Positions 39,370 through 50,137 of a stretch of DNA of 64,000 bases are shown piece by piece. The stretch is taken from positions 1 to 64,000 of the forward strand of contig NZ_JABEMC010000007.1 in assembly GCF_013004595.1 (NCBI RefSeq), read 5' to 3'. The position numbers and the translations under genes were made by a program. Under the pieces are notes generated by a model. That model did no database searches and was not told the DNA's origin. It saw only the letters and a list, made by a program, of their open reading frames with translations. Positions within the stretch are counted from its first letter, which is position 1, and each line of letters begins with the position of its first letter. Source of the DNA: Brevibacterium luteolum. GTDB taxonomy: Bacteria; Actinomycetota; Actinomycetes; Actinomycetales; Brevibacteriaceae.

Positions 39370-40620
39370 TCAGCTTGCTGAGGCTGTCCAGCTGCCGTCG
39401 GCTTGCACGATGAGAATCGACGGGCCTGACCTCACGGGAACCGAGCCGTCGTAGCTGCCGATCTCGTTGATGAGCAGGTCGGGTCCGAAGTCGGAGCCCG
39501 AATTCTCGTACACCACGAAGTTGCTCTCCCCGTCATGAGTGAAGCTGATGGTTGCCGCGCCCTCGGTGTACTGCATCACCGTGTCCCCCGAGCCTGATTC
39601 GGAGAATGCGGCTGCCGTGGACACCGGTGACAGCGTGATCTCAAAAGCGCCGGTGGCAGTGACCTGCAGCTTCGATGTGGCGTCCCAGCCGTCTGCGCTG
39701 ACGAAAGTCGTCCCCTCATAGGCGCCGATCGCATTGACCGGCAGCGCTCCGCTGTTCCCATTCGACTCGTCGAGGCCTTGGATGATGAAATTGCCATCGC
39801 CGCTGTACTTCGCGGTGATGAGCACGCCGGAGGCGCCGGCGGGCATATCGATGACCGTGTCACCGCTGCCGGTTTCGGTCACCGGGTCGAACGTGCCGAA
39901 GGCTCCGTCGGCCCAGGAGGCGAAGTCGGCGCCCGAGCTGTCGGCGTCATCGGTTTCAGCCGCCGATTCCTCCTCGGCGTCGGCCTCCTCGACTGCAGGC
40001 GGTTCTTCTTCCAGCGCTGAGTCGGCAGGATCTTCTGGTGCTGACTGCGACGCCGGCTCGTCAGCCGGTCGCACGGTCGAAGCGCTCTGCGCACCGAAAA
40101 GGCCGGCGACTCCCATGATGATGCCGAGGACGAATCCGAGTGCGACGAGGATGGCGGTGACGATCCACGCGGTCTTCTTGTGCTGCTGGTAACCGGCCAG
40201 CGGGCGGCCCTGCTTGTCGCGAGTGGCGCCGACGAGGACCATGATGAGGTCGACGAGCGCCCAGATGCCCAGTCCGCCGGCGGTCAGCAGCTTGGCGATC
40301 GCCGTGCCGATTTTGCCGAGGTAGAAGCGATCGGCGCCGAAGGAGCCGAGGAAGTATGCCAGCAACCAGGTGACGAGGAAGCTCTTATCTGATTCGCCTG
40401 CAGGGTGCTCCGGTTGCGCACCGTAGCCCGGAGTCTGCGCGCCCGGGTGTGGGGAGGGTGTTCCGTATGCCGGTTGCGGCTGCGAACCATACTGAGGTGC
40501 GGGGCTGTAACCGGGCTGGCTGCTGTGTGCATCGGCTGGAGGCTGATAGGCGGACGACGGGTCGTGAGGCGGCTGCTGTGGGAAGCGGTCGGTCTCGCCG
40601 TCACCGGGCTGATACGACAT
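39370..40620 (-). CDS. TM2-domain membrane protein with Pro/Gln-rich N-terminus and acidic extracellular beta domain
   Basis: [43 protein letters not shown] (TM2). Duplicated GSGDTV...NF...VN/INEIG.Y.G repeats. Confidence 0.85.
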   Translation of the reverse strand: MSYQPGDGETDRFPQQPPHDPSSAYQPPADAHSSQPGYSPAPQYGSQPQPAYGTPSPHPGAQTPGYGAQPEHPAGESDKSFLVTWLLAYFLGSFGADRFYLGKIGTAIAKLLTAGGLGIWALVDLIMVLVGATRDKQGRPLAGYQQHKKTAWIVTAILVALGFVLGIIMGVAGLFGAQSASTVRPADEPASQSAPEDPADSALEEEPPAVEEADAEEESAAETDDADSSGADFASWADGAFGTFDPVTETGSGDTVIDMPAGASGVLITAKYSGDGNFIIQGLDESNGNSGALPVNAIGAYEGTTFVSADGWDATSKLQVTATGAFEITLSPVSTAAAFSESGSGDTVMQYTEGAATISFTHDGESNFVVYENSGSDFGPDLLINEIGSYDGSVPVRSGPSILIVQADGSWTASAS

Positions 40621-40925
40621 CTGATGCTCTCTTCTCTCGACTGCGCATTGCACAGTTCCTACTCAGTCAGCTTTCAGTTTATATCCAGATTCGACTGCTG
40701 TCCCTGGCGGCCGGCGGTAAGCGATTCACAGGTGCTGGGTGCCGCGTCGGCACTCGCTGCGAGGTTCTCGATTCCGGCATTTCAGACGATAATGGCATGA
40801 GACCGGTGCCTTCACGCCGCTCAGGATGGCACCCTGAAGACGACTGCCGTGTGCACGCCATCCACGCGGCTGGACGCCGAATGGCTGGGGGTGATGACGC
40901 CGCCGGCCAGTGCAGAAGGGAAACC

Positions 40926-42143
40926 ATGGGCACCATTCTCGTGACCGACATTTCGGAGCTCGTGACCAACGACCCGTCAGCCGCCGCTGCCGGCCCGGCC
41001 CCCGCCTCGGCGCCGGACGGCTATGAACGTCTTGGCATCATCACCGACGCTGCGATGCTCATCGACGGCGACATCGTCCGCTGGGTCGGCCCAGCTGACG
41101 AGGCCCCCGCCGGCGCCACCACGATCTCCGCGGCCGGCGGCGCGGTCATCCCCGGTTTCGTCGACAGCCACAACCACCTCGTCTTCGCCGGCGACCGCTC
41201 CGCCGAGTTCGCCGCTCGGATGGCCGGTCAGAAGTACTCCGCCGGCGGCATCGCCACCACCGTGGCCGCCACCCGCGCAGCCAGCGACGCCGAACTCGAA
41301 GACAACCTCACGACGCTCATGCGCCAGGCCGAGCACTCCGGCACGACGACGTTCGAGATCAAGACCGGCTACGGCCTCACGCTGGCGGACGAGATCCGCC
41401 AGCTGGAGATCATCAACCGCCACACCGATGAATCCACCCTCATCGCCGCCCACGTCGTCCCGCCGGAGCACAAAGACAATCCCGAGCGCTACGTCGACCT
41501 CGTCATCGACGAGATCATCCCGGCCGCCGCCGGCAAGGCCAAGTGGATCGACGTGTTCTGCGAAGAGGGCGCCTTCACCGAAGACCAGACCGCCCGCATC
41601 CTCAATGCCGGCGTCGCCCACGGCATGCGTCCGCGCCTGCACGCCAACCAGCTCACCGCCGGCGGCGCCCTGCAGCTGGCCGCAGCGCACGGCTGCGCGT
41701 CTGCCGACCATGCGACCTTCGCCTCGGACGCGGACCTCGCAGCCCTCGCCGAGGCCGGCACAGTGGCTACCCTGCTGCCCGGTGTCGAATTCTCCACCCG
41801 CCAGCCCTACCCCGATGCCCGCCGCTTCCACGCCGCCGGCGTCACCGTCGCGATCGCCAGTGACTGCAACCCTGGCTCGTGCTTCACCAGCTCGATCCCG
41901 TTCTGCATCGCCCTGGCCGTGCGCGATATGCACTTCACTGTCGAACAGGCGATCTGGTCGGCCACCGCCGGCGGTGCCGCGGCACTCGAACGCAGCGACA
42001 TCGGCCGGCTCAGCCCCGGCGCCCGCGCCGACTTCTCCATCCTCACCGCACCCAGCTACCGGCACCTGGCTTATCGGCCCGGCGTCAACCTCATCCGTGA
42101 GGTCCACCGCGCCGGCCGTCCGATCGCCGCCAACCCATCGTGA
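40926..42143 (+). CDS. hutI: Imidazolonepropionase
   Basis: [46 protein letters not shown]. Confidence 0.95.
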   Translation: MGTILVTDISELVTNDPSAAAAGPAPASAPDGYERLGIITDAAMLIDGDIVRWVGPADEAPAGATTISAAGGAVIPGFVDSHNHLVFAGDRSAEFAARMAGQKYSAGGIATTVAATRAASDAELEDNLTTLMRQAEHSGTTTFEIKTGYGLTLADEIRQLEIINRHTDESTLIAAHVVPPEHKDNPERYVDLVIDEIIPAAAGKAKWIDVFCEEGAFTEDQTARILNAGVAHGMRPRLHANQLTAGGALQLAAAHGCASADHATFASDADLAALAEAGTVATLLPGVEFSTRQPYPDARRFHAAGVTVAIASDCNPGSCFTSSIPFCIALAVRDMHFTVEQAIWSATAGGAAALERSDIGRLSPGARADFSILTAPSYRHLAYRPGVNLIREVHRAGRPIAANPS

Positions 42144-42154
42144 AAGGCACCCAC

Positions 42155-43753
42155 ATGACCGTTGACACCCCCACCGTCGCCCTCGATCCTGATGCGCTGA
42201 CCTTCGCCGACGTTCTCGCCGTCGCCCGCCACGACGCGCAGGTCACCGTGCCCGAGGCGGTGGCTGAGAATGTGGCCGCCAACCGCTCCGCAGTCGAGGC
42301 CCTGGCCGAGGCGCCCCGCCCGGTCTACGGCGTCTCCACCGGGTTCGGCGCGCTCGCCCAGCGGCACATCGCCCATGATCTGCGCGCCCAGCTGCAGAAG
42401 TCCCTCATCCGCTCGCATGCCGCCGGCGTCGGCACCCCGGTCGAGCGCGAAGTCGTCCGGGCGCTCATGCTGCTGCGCGCCCGCACGCTGGCCACCGGCC
42501 GCACAGGTGTGCGCCTGGAGACGCTCAACACCTATGTCGCGATCCTCAACGCCGGCATCACCCCGGTCGTCTACGAATACGGCTCACTCGGCTGCTCCGG
42601 CGACCTCGCACCGCTGTCGGCCTGCGCACTCGTCGCGATGGGCGAAGGCGAGGTCCACGCACCCGACGGCACCACCGCCTCGGCCGCCGACGCCCTCGCT
42701 GCAGCCGGCATCGAACCGCTCGAACTGGCCGAGAAGGAGGGACTGGCGCTCGTCAACGGCACCGACGGCATGCTCGGCATGCTCATCCTCGCCCTTCACG
42801 ACATCGAGAACCTGCTCACCACCGCAGATCTCACTGCGGCGATGAGCGTGGAGGCGCAGCTGGGCACCGACCGGGTGTTCATGCCCGATCTGCACGAGCC
42901 GCTGCGCCCGCACCCGGGCCAGGCCGCTTCGGCAGCGAACATGCTCAAAGCCCTCGACGGATCGCCGATCGTCGCCAGCCACCGCGAGTCCACCCACCTC
43001 GTCCAGGACGCCTACTCGCTGCGCTGCACCCCGCAGGTCACCGGTGCCGCCCGCGACGCCGCCGCCTACGCCGCCCAGGTCGCCGCCCGCGAACTCCGGG
43101 CAGCGATCGACAACCCGGTCGTGCTGCCTGACGGCTCGGTGTCCTCCAACGGAAACTTCCACGGCGCACCGCTCGCTCACGCGCTCGACTTCCTCGCCAT
43201 CGCCGTCGCCGATGCCGCCAACATCGCCGAACGCCGCACCGACCGGATGATGGATGTGGCCCGCAACGAGGGCCTGCCGCCGTTCCTCGCCGATGACGCC
43301 GGCGTCGACTCCGGGCTCATGATCGCCCACTACACGCAGGCCGCCCTCGTCTCCGACCTCAAGCGTCTGGCAACCCCTGCCAGCGTCGACTCGATCCCCT
43401 CGTCTGCCATGCAGGAGGACCACGTGTCGATGGGCTGGTCGGCTGCGCGGAAGCTGCGCACCGCGGTGACGAACTTCGCCTCCGTGCTCGGCATCGAACT
43501 CTACGCAGCCGCCCGGGCCACCGACCTGCGCGAGCACGACCCGGCCGCCGTCACCGGCGCGGTCATCAGCCTGCTGCGCCAGACCGTGCCCGGCCCCGGC
43601 CCCGACCGGTTCCTCTCACCGGAGCTGGCCGACGCGATCGAGCTCGTGTCCTCCGGGAAGGTGACGGCCGCCGCCGAGGCGGTGGCTGGCCTCACCCATA
43701 CGCTCACCGACACGGATGGCACCGTGCTGAATGGACGGAGTGAACAGTCATGA
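42155..43753 (+). CDS. hutH: Histidine ammonia-lyase
   Basis: VYGVSTGFG, GSLGCSGDLAPL (MIO-forming CSG), QDAYSLRC, GNFHG, QEDHVSMG. Confidence 0.96.
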   Translation: MTVDTPTVALDPDALTFADVLAVARHDAQVTVPEAVAENVAANRSAVEALAEAPRPVYGVSTGFGALAQRHIAHDLRAQLQKSLIRSHAAGVGTPVEREVVRALMLLRARTLATGRTGVRLETLNTYVAILNAGITPVVYEYGSLGCSGDLAPLSACALVAMGEGEVHAPDGTTASAADALAAAGIEPLELAEKEGLALVNGTDGMLGMLILALHDIENLLTTADLTAAMSVEAQLGTDRVFMPDLHEPLRPHPGQAASAANMLKALDGSPIVASHRESTHLVQDAYSLRCTPQVTGAARDAAAYAAQVAARELRAAIDNPVVLPDGSVSSNGNFHGAPLAHALDFLAIAVADAANIAERRTDRMMDVARNEGLPPFLADDAGVDSGLMIAHYTQAALVSDLKRLATPASVDSIPSSAMQEDHVSMGWSAARKLRTAVTNFASVLGIELYAAARATDLREHDPAAVTGAVISLLRQTVPGPGPDRFLSPELADAIELVSSGKVTAAAEAVAGLTHTLTDTDGTVLNGRSEQS

Positions 43754-45015
43754 CCGATGTCACCAGCCTCATGGGCCAGATCGAAACGGTCGGCACCGAC
43801 CCGCGCGGGCCCGGCTACCTGCGGCCGGGCTACTCGCCGATCGAACGTGAGCTGCGCGACTGGTTCGTTGCCGAAGCCGAACGCCGCGGCCTTGACGTCG
43901 AGATCGACGCCAACGGCATCGTGTGGGCCTGGGCGACCGCTCCGGGTGAGAACGCCGTCGTCACCGGTTCGCATCTGGACTCGGTGCCCGGAGGCGGCCA
44001 GTTCGACGGCCCCCTCGGTGTCGCCTCGGCGCTGGCCGCCTACGACGAACTCGAAGCCCGCGGCACCTTCGATCGGCCCACTCGGCCGTTCGCGCTCGCC
44101 GTGTTCCCCGAAGAAGAGGGCTCCCGGTTCGGGCTCGCCTGCCTGGGCTCGCGGCTGCTGACCGGTGCGGTCGCCGCCGCGGACGCCCTGGCGCTGACCG
44201 ACCAGAACGGCGACACACTCGCCGATGTCGTCACCCGCTACGACCTCGACCCCGCCCGGATGGGTGCTGACCAGGACCGGGTCAACCAGATCGGGTCGTT
44301 CATCGAACTCCACGTCGAACAGGGCGTCGGGCTCATCAACACCGACCAGCCGGTGGCGATCGGCTCTTCGATCGTCGGCCACGGCCGCTGGCACTTCCGC
44401 TTCACCGGCCAGGGCAACCACGCCGGCACCACTCCGATGGCCCACCGCGCCGACCCGGTTGCTGCCGCCAGCCGCCTCATCGGCGACATCCCGGCGTTGG
44501 CCGACGGCTTCGATGAGGCCGTCGCGACCGTCGGACGCACTTCGATCCACCCTGGCGGCACGAACGTCATCGCCTCGGCGATGGACTTCTGGCTCGACAT
44601 CCGCCACGATTCCGATGACGTCGTCGCAGAGGTCCTCGAGGCGATCACCACTCGCGGCAAGGAGCGCGCCGCAGAAGCCGCCGGTACCGGTGCGCGGGAG
44701 AACGGCGTCGAGGTCGGCCTCGATGTCAGCCGAGAATCCTACTCACCGACGACGCACTTCCATCGCGAACTGAACGACCGGCTGCGCGCCGTCCTGCCCG
44801 AGGCGCCCCTGCTGGCGACCGGCGCCGGGCACGACGCCGGGATCCTCGCCGCACATGTGCCCTCGGCGATGCTGTTCGTGCGCAACCCCACCGGCGTCTC
44901 CCACGCCCCGGAGGAAGCCTGTGAAGACGACGATGCCCGTGCCGGCGCGAAGGCGCTGGCCGATGTGCTCGCCGCCGAACTCACCCACGGCCTCGACAAC
45001 GGAACGGCATCATGA
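43750..45015 (+). CDS. M20/allantoate amidohydrolase-family hydrolase; likely N-formylglutamate deformylase role in the hut operon
   Basis: GSHLDSVP.GG.FDG, EEEGSRF, ELHVEQG, NHAGTTPM, GAGHDA, SHAPEE. Located between hutH and hutF. Confidence 0.85.
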   Translation: MTDVTSLMGQIETVGTDPRGPGYLRPGYSPIERELRDWFVAEAERRGLDVEIDANGIVWAWATAPGENAVVTGSHLDSVPGGGQFDGPLGVASALAAYDELEARGTFDRPTRPFALAVFPEEEGSRFGLACLGSRLLTGAVAAADALALTDQNGDTLADVVTRYDLDPARMGADQDRVNQIGSFIELHVEQGVGLINTDQPVAIGSSIVGHGRWHFRFTGQGNHAGTTPMAHRADPVAAASRLIGDIPALADGFDEAVATVGRTSIHPGGTNVIASAMDFWLDIRHDSDDVVAEVLEAITTRGKERAAEAAGTGARENGVEVGLDVSRESYSPTTHFHRELNDRLRAVLPEAPLLATGAGHDAGILAAHVPSAMLFVRNPTGVSHAPEEACEDDDARAGAKALADVLAAELTHGLDNGTAS

Positions 45016-46397
45016 CCGGCTCGCTGCACTTCGAGACCGCCTGGTTGGCCCCGGGCCGGTACGCCCGTGACGTGCGCGTCAGCATCGACGATGACGGCAT
45101 CATCACCGCGATCGAGGAGGGGGCAGACCCTGCCGCTCCCGAGGCGGGGGACCGGCTGGCAGGGTTCGCGATCCCAGGCGCCGTCAACGCCCACTCGCAT
45201 GCCTTCCACCGGCTGCTGCGCGGCCGCACCCACGGTGACGGAGGGACGTTCTGGACGTGGCGCGAGGTGATGTACCGGGTGGCCGGCCAGCTCGACCCGG
45301 AGAACTACTACCGGGCCGCCCGCGCCATCTACGCGGAGATGGTCACCGCCGGTTACACGGCCGTCGGCGAGTTCCACTACGTCCACCACGCCCCCGGCGG
45401 CGCACCCTACGCTGAGCCGCACGCGATGGAGCGCGCCCTCGCCCAGGCGGCGCTTGATGCCGGGATCCGGCTCGTCCTCCTCGACACCTGCTACCTCACC
45501 GGCGCGATCGGCGAAGAGCTCAATGCAGAGCAGCAGCGCTTCGGCGACGGCACGATCGACGGCTACCTGCAGCGTCACACCGGCCTGGCCGAGATGCTGG
45601 CCGCTGACTTCCCAGCCCATGCCACCGCGGGGGGAGTGACCCTCGGTGCTGCGATCCACTCGGTGCGCGCCGTCCCCGCCGCAGCTCTGCCGGCCTTCAC
45701 GGCACTCGAGGGCCCGCTGCATGTCCACCTGTCCGAACAGCCGGCCGAGAACGACGCCTGCCGGAAGGCCTACGGCACGACCCCCACGCAGCTGCTCGCT
45801 GACGCAGGTGTCGTGACCGACCGGCTCTCGGCCGTCCACGCCACCCACTTAACCGACGAGGACATCGAACTGCTCGGTGACGCCGCCTCCACAATCGTCA
45901 TGTGCCCGACAACCGAAGCCGACCTGGCCGACGGCATCGGCCCGGCCCGCGCCCTCGCTGACGCCGGTGCGGTCATCAGCCTCGGCTCCGACCAGCACGT
46001 CACCCTCGACCCGCTGCTGGAACTGCGCGGGCTCGAAGCCGGCGAACGACTCGGCTCCGGCCAGCGCGGCCGCTTCAGCCCTGCTGAACTGCTCGCCGCA
46101 CTCACCTCCGGCGGCAGCCGGTCTCTGCACCTCGGCGACACCAACGCAGAGCCGGCCATCGCCTCGGGCGCGGGACTGACCGTCGGCCAGCCTGCCGACA
46201 TCGCCGTCATCGCCGCCGACACCCCGCGCACCTACGGATCCAAAGGCGAGCAGATCATGCTCGCCGGCACCGCCGCCGATGTCACCCACGTGTACTCCGC
46301 CGGCCGGCTCGTCGCCGCGAACGGCGTGCACACGAGCCTCGGGCCAGTCGGCGAGCTCTACCGGGAGGCCTACCGGGCCTTCGACTTCGGAGACTGA
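45012..46397 (+). CDS. hutF: Formimidoylglutamate deiminase
   Basis: NAHSHAFHR, FWTWREVMY, VGEFHYVHH, HSVRAV, HLSEQ, CPTTEADLADG. Confidence 0.93.
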   Translation: MTGSLHFETAWLAPGRYARDVRVSIDDDGIITAIEEGADPAAPEAGDRLAGFAIPGAVNAHSHAFHRLLRGRTHGDGGTFWTWREVMYRVAGQLDPENYYRAARAIYAEMVTAGYTAVGEFHYVHHAPGGAPYAEPHAMERALAQAALDAGIRLVLLDTCYLTGAIGEELNAEQQRFGDGTIDGYLQRHTGLAEMLAADFPAHATAGGVTLGAAIHSVRAVPAAALPAFTALEGPLHVHLSEQPAENDACRKAYGTTPTQLLADAGVVTDRLSAVHATHLTDEDIELLGDAASTIVMCPTTEADLADGIGPARALADAGAVISLGSDQHVTLDPLLELRGLEAGERLGSGQRGRFSPAELLAALTSGGSRSLHLGDTNAEPAIASGAGLTVGQPADIAVIAADTPRTYGSKGEQIMLAGTAADVTHVYSAGRLVAANGVHTSLGPVGELYREAYRAFDFGD

Positions 46398-46398
46398 G

Positions 46399-47145
46399 AT
46401 GGCCGAAGTCCCAGCCCTGCGCCGCGCTGTCGCGATCCTGCGCGCGCTGGCCGGATCGAACCGGCCGATCACCGCAGGTGCGATGGCGCGTTCGCTGTCG
46501 ATCCCGCGCTCATCGATCTACGAGATCCTCTCGGTGCTCGAAGAACTCGGGCTGGTGGCGAAGACCGGCGGCGGGTACATGCTCGGCGCCGGTGTGTCCG
46601 AACTCGGCAGCGCCTATGTGCGGGCCAACCCGCTGCAGCGGCTGTCGGCTCCGATCATCCGCCAGCTCGCCGAGGCGACCCGCGGGACGGCGCAGCTGGC
46701 GGTGCTGCGCGGCTGGGAGACCGTCTATGTGCTCAAGGAGCAGTCGGTCGAATCCGTGGCCGTCATCACCGCGACCGGCGTGCGGATGCCGGCCTACCTG
46801 ACCGCCACTGGCCGGGCGATCATGTCCGCGCTGCCCAAACGCGATGTGCTCGCACTGCTCAGCGGCGAGGACGTCTTCGTCTCCCGCACCGGCGCCGGGC
46901 CCACCTCGATGCGGCAGCTGCTCAGCCAACTCGCCGAGACTCGCCAGCAGGGCTTTGCGCTCGAACGCGGGGAGATCACCCCAGGTGTGTGCACGGTCGC
47001 CGCGCCGGTCTTCGATGTGCTTGACCGCCCGGTCGCCGGCGTCGGGGTCAGCATCCCGGATGCTGAGCAGAGCGACGCGCGGGTGAGCGAAGTCAGAGAC
47101 CGTGTCAAGGCCGCGGCCGATACGATCACCTCACGGCTGCGCTGA
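46399..47145 (+). CDS. IclR-family regulator (HutR-like)
   Basis: VPALRRAVAIL..IPRSSIYEIL HTH; MPAYLTATGRA; GVCTVAAPV. Last gene of the hut operon. Confidence 0.9.
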   Translation: MAEVPALRRAVAILRALAGSNRPITAGAMARSLSIPRSSIYEILSVLEELGLVAKTGGGYMLGAGVSELGSAYVRANPLQRLSAPIIRQLAEATRGTAQLAVLRGWETVYVLKEQSVESVAVITATGVRMPAYLTATGRAIMSALPKRDVLALLSGEDVFVSRTGAGPTSMRQLLSQLAETRQQGFALERGEITPGVCTVAAPVFDVLDRPVAGVGVSIPDAEQSDARVSEVRDRVKAAADTITSRLR

Positions 47146-47281
47146 CACGCCGACTGAAAGGCCAGCGTCAGCTGCTGACCAGGACGGACGGGTGTTCACG
47201 TCGATGCGGTGCTGCGCGGTGATGACATCTGGTCGTGGAACGACCCACAGCCCCAGAGCTGAGGGCAGCGAAGACGAACCG

Positions 47282-48514
47282 TCACCGCTGCGGCCAGGGC
47301 AGGTCGAGCACCTGTGCCTGCTCGCCGGCGCGCAGACCCGCAGTCGGCACGGTGAGGAACCCGTCGGCCTCGGTGAGTCCGCGCAGCATGTTCGCCCCAC
47401 GGGCATCGCAGGGCTCCCAGCGGTTGCCCTCGCGCTGGCGCGCCGGCATGAGTGTGCTCACGCGCACCGGCCGCACCTCGACGGCGACCTCCACCGAACG
47501 TGCCGAGCGCAGAGGGCGGCCGAGCATCCCGCACAGCAGCGGTTCGACGACGACGCGCATCGCCGTCATCGCCGCCAGCGGGTTGCCCGGCAGCCCGACA
47601 TGCCAGGCTCCCGGGTGCCCACCGAGCTGCGCGAACGTCGTCGGATGTCCTGGCCGCATCGCCAGCTCCGGGAAGAGCAGCTCACTGGCCAAACGTGCCG
47701 ACTCCCGCCTGACGTGATCGGCATCCGAATGTCCGGTCCCGCCGGTGGTGAGCACGACATCAGCGGCAGCCAGCGCCTCGTAAAGCGCGACCCGGGTCTC
47801 CTGCGCATCGTCTGCGATCCGCCGTACATCGATCACGTCTCCGCCCAGGCCTGCTACGAGTCCCGGCAGCGCCGGTCCGAAGGTGTCGCGCACCTGCCCG
47901 GGTGCGGGCTGACCTGCGGTGATGACCTCGTCTCCGGTCATCAGCAGCGCCACCCGCGGCCGTCTGCGCACCGGCAGCGCATCGAGCCCGGCAACGGCCG
48001 TATAGGCCAGATCGGCCGGTGAGAGCACCCGTCCGCCTTCCAGCAGCACCTCACCGGCGCGGGTCTCCCGGCCGGCTCGCCGGATGTTGCGCGCCGGTGC
48101 CAGATCCGTTGCCGGGGCATCAGCGCGCAGCCGCAGCACTGTCTGCCCGGCCGCGTCGGCTCCCATCACCTCGGCGTGTTCGCAGCGCACGATGCTCGTG
48201 GTGCCTGCCGGCACTGCGCCGCCGGTGAGGATCGGCCGTGCCCACCCTGCCGCCAGCGGACGGGCGCCGGATGCGGCGTGGGCATCCGCTCCCGAGGCGG
48301 TGCTCGCCTCGAGCTGCCAGGGGGGTGGGCCGGACACGGCGAAACCGTCCATCGCCGAGGAGTCGAAATGCGGGATCGCGCGGCCGGCTGTCACCGTGTG
48401 TGCGAGCACCCGGCCCAGGCATGCCGGCAGCGGCTGTGCTGCGGTCGGCTGGAGTGTCGAGGCACCGGCGCGCGCGGCGATGGTGATCGCCTCGGCCCAG
48501 TCGGGGTGGGTCAT
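47282..48514 (-). CDS. moeA: Molybdopterin molybdotransferase
   Basis: FDSSAMDGFAV, ILTGG, TGDEV, TTGGT, MRPGHP, LPGNP. Confidence 0.9.
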   Translation of the reverse strand: MTHPDWAEAITIAARAGASTLQPTAAQPLPACLGRVLAHTVTAGRAIPHFDSSAMDGFAVSGPPPWQLEASTASGADAHAASGARPLAAGWARPILTGGAVPAGTTSIVRCEHAEVMGADAAGQTVLRLRADAPATDLAPARNIRRAGRETRAGEVLLEGGRVLSPADLAYTAVAGLDALPVRRRPRVALLMTGDEVITAGQPAPGQVRDTFGPALPGLVAGLGGDVIDVRRIADDAQETRVALYEALAAADVVLTTGGTGHSDADHVRRESARLASELLFPELAMRPGHPTTFAQLGGHPGAWHVGLPGNPLAAMTAMRVVVEPLLCGMLGRPLRSARSVEVAVEVRPVRVSTLMPARQREGNRWEPCDARGANMLRGLTEADGFLTVPTAGLRAGEQAQVLDLPWPQR

Positions 48515-48605
48515 GGTGTCATTCTCACATGACCCCGGCCGGCCGCACATGATCCCGGTCAGCGCCGCACCCGCTCAGGCCACCGCAGGCGCTGCCTGTG
48601 CCCGC

Positions 48606-48914
48606 TCACCCGCCGGCGAACGGCGGCAGCACATCGACCCGCTGACCAGGGTTGATGAGCGTGCCGTCGAGCACGACGAACCCGTCGACGAAGCTCGAGC
48701 TCTCCGCCAGCACAGTCTTAAGCGCCGGCTCCCCAGCCGGTGGTTCCGGGTGCCGTTCGGCCAGCAGCTCGAAGAGCTGCGCCTCACTCACCGGCTCATT
48801 AAGCGGCACCTGCTCTTCGGCGATCCCACCGGCGGCAGCCCGGGCGGCGGCGAAATACCGGACGGTGACCTCCCAGCCGTCCCCCGCCTCGGGCGCGGTG
48901 TGCTGCTGACCCAT
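48606..48914 (-). CDS. moaD: Molybdopterin synthase sulfur carrier
   Basis: VRYFAAARAAAG; C-terminal VDVLPPFAGG. Confidence 0.9.
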   Translation of the reverse strand: MGQQHTAPEAGDGWEVTVRYFAAARAAAGGIAEEQVPLNEPVSEAQLFELLAERHPEPPAGEPALKTVLAESSSFVDGFVVLDGTLINPGQRVDVLPPFAGG

Positions 48915-48916
48915 GC

Positions 48917-50047
48917 TCACCCTCCGATCGCGCTCATCGAGCGCTCCGGCTGGACGTACTCGTCGCTGTCGAGGCCCGGCCGGCCCATCCCGTGGGCGCG
49001 CGGCTTGAGCCACATCGCCTGCCGCCACGCCTGCCCGACAGCGGCATCATCGGCATCCGAGCGCAGCAGCAGCGAGAGGTCGAACTCCTCATGCGAGAAC
49101 AGGCACGAGCGGATCTTGCCCTCGGCGGTGATGCGAGTGCGGGTGCAGTCGCCGCAGAATGGCTCGGTCACCGAGGCGATGATCCCCACCCGGCCCAGTG
49201 GTTCCCCGACCGTTCCCGAGGCGGTGCTTGCGTGCGGGTAGACCCGCCACCGCTGAGCTGGGGCGCCGGCGCGCGGGACGTCGTCGGCGATGAGATCCCA
49301 GTGGGCGCTCAGCTGGGTACGGATCTCCTCGGCGGTGACCATGTTCGCCCGCGTCCAGCCGTGATCGCCGTCGAGTGGCATCTGCTCGATGAACCGCAGC
49401 TCCAGACCGCGGTCGAGCGCGAAGGCAAGGAGGTCGGCGGCCTGATCGTCGTTGACCCCGCGCATGAGCACCGCGTTGATCTTCACCGGAGACAGGCCCG
49501 CGGACTGCGCGGCGTCGATGCCGTCGAGCACCTCGGTGAGCCGGTCCCTGCGGGCGAGCTTCGCGTAGGTGTCTGCGTCGATCGTGTCGAGGGAGATATT
49601 GATCCGCGACAGCCCGGCCTCGGCGAGCTTCGCTGCGCGGGCGGCTAAGCCGATGCCGTTGGTGGTGATGGCGATCGGCAGCGCGGCGTGCTCGGCGCGG
49701 ATGCCGGCGATGATCGCCTCCAAGTCGGGTCGGATGAGCGGTTCGCCCCCGGTCAGTCGCAGCTGGGTGACCCCGAGGTCGCGCACAGCGATGCGCACAA
49801 GACGCACCACCTCAGCGGCGGTGAGCAGGCTCTTCTGCGGCATCCAGTCCATGCCCTCAGCAGGCATGCAGTAGGTGCAGCGCAGATTGCATTTGTCTGT
49901 CAGGGATATGCGCAGGTCGGTGCCGGCCCGGCCGAACTGGTCGAGCAGCGGCCCGGAGGCAGGGGCATCGGCGGCCCGGCGGGCCAGCGACGCGGCGACG
50001 CTGCCAGCAGTGGGCCTGACGGTGGGAAGTCCCAGCTCAACAGACAT
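48917..50047 (-). CDS. moaA: GTP 3',8-cyclase (radical SAM)
   Basis: LRISLTDKCNLRCTYCMP, TGGEP, FCGDCTRTR, C-terminal MSAIGG. Confidence 0.96.
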   Translation of the reverse strand: MSVELGLPTVRPTAGSVAASLARRAADAPASGPLLDQFGRAGTDLRISLTDKCNLRCTYCMPAEGMDWMPQKSLLTAAEVVRLVRIAVRDLGVTQLRLTGGEPLIRPDLEAIIAGIRAEHAALPIAITTNGIGLAARAAKLAEAGLSRINISLDTIDADTYAKLARRDRLTEVLDGIDAAQSAGLSPVKINAVLMRGVNDDQAADLLAFALDRGLELRFIEQMPLDGDHGWTRANMVTAEEIRTQLSAHWDLIADDVPRAGAPAQRWRVYPHASTASGTVGEPLGRVGIIASVTEPFCGDCTRTRITAEGKIRSCLFSHEEFDLSLLLRSDADDAAVGQAWRQAMWLKPRAHGMGRPGLDSDEYVQPERSMSAIGG

Positions 50048-50137
50048 GCATCAAGTCTAGCAACGGCGCATGTGTCTCGGCTAGAAAGGCCCGGGGCGTC
50101 CACCGGGCGTGGAGCTTCGGGGACTAGGCTTGAGTCC

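Noticed and set aside
37850..39370. FMN riboswitch / riboflavin operon
   Set aside because: No RFN consensus is visible, and there is no ribE, ribH or deaminase domain.
50048..50137. Moco riboswitch between moaA and moeA
   Set aside because: The gap is only 90 bp and both genes appear leaderless, leaving no room for a leader RNA.
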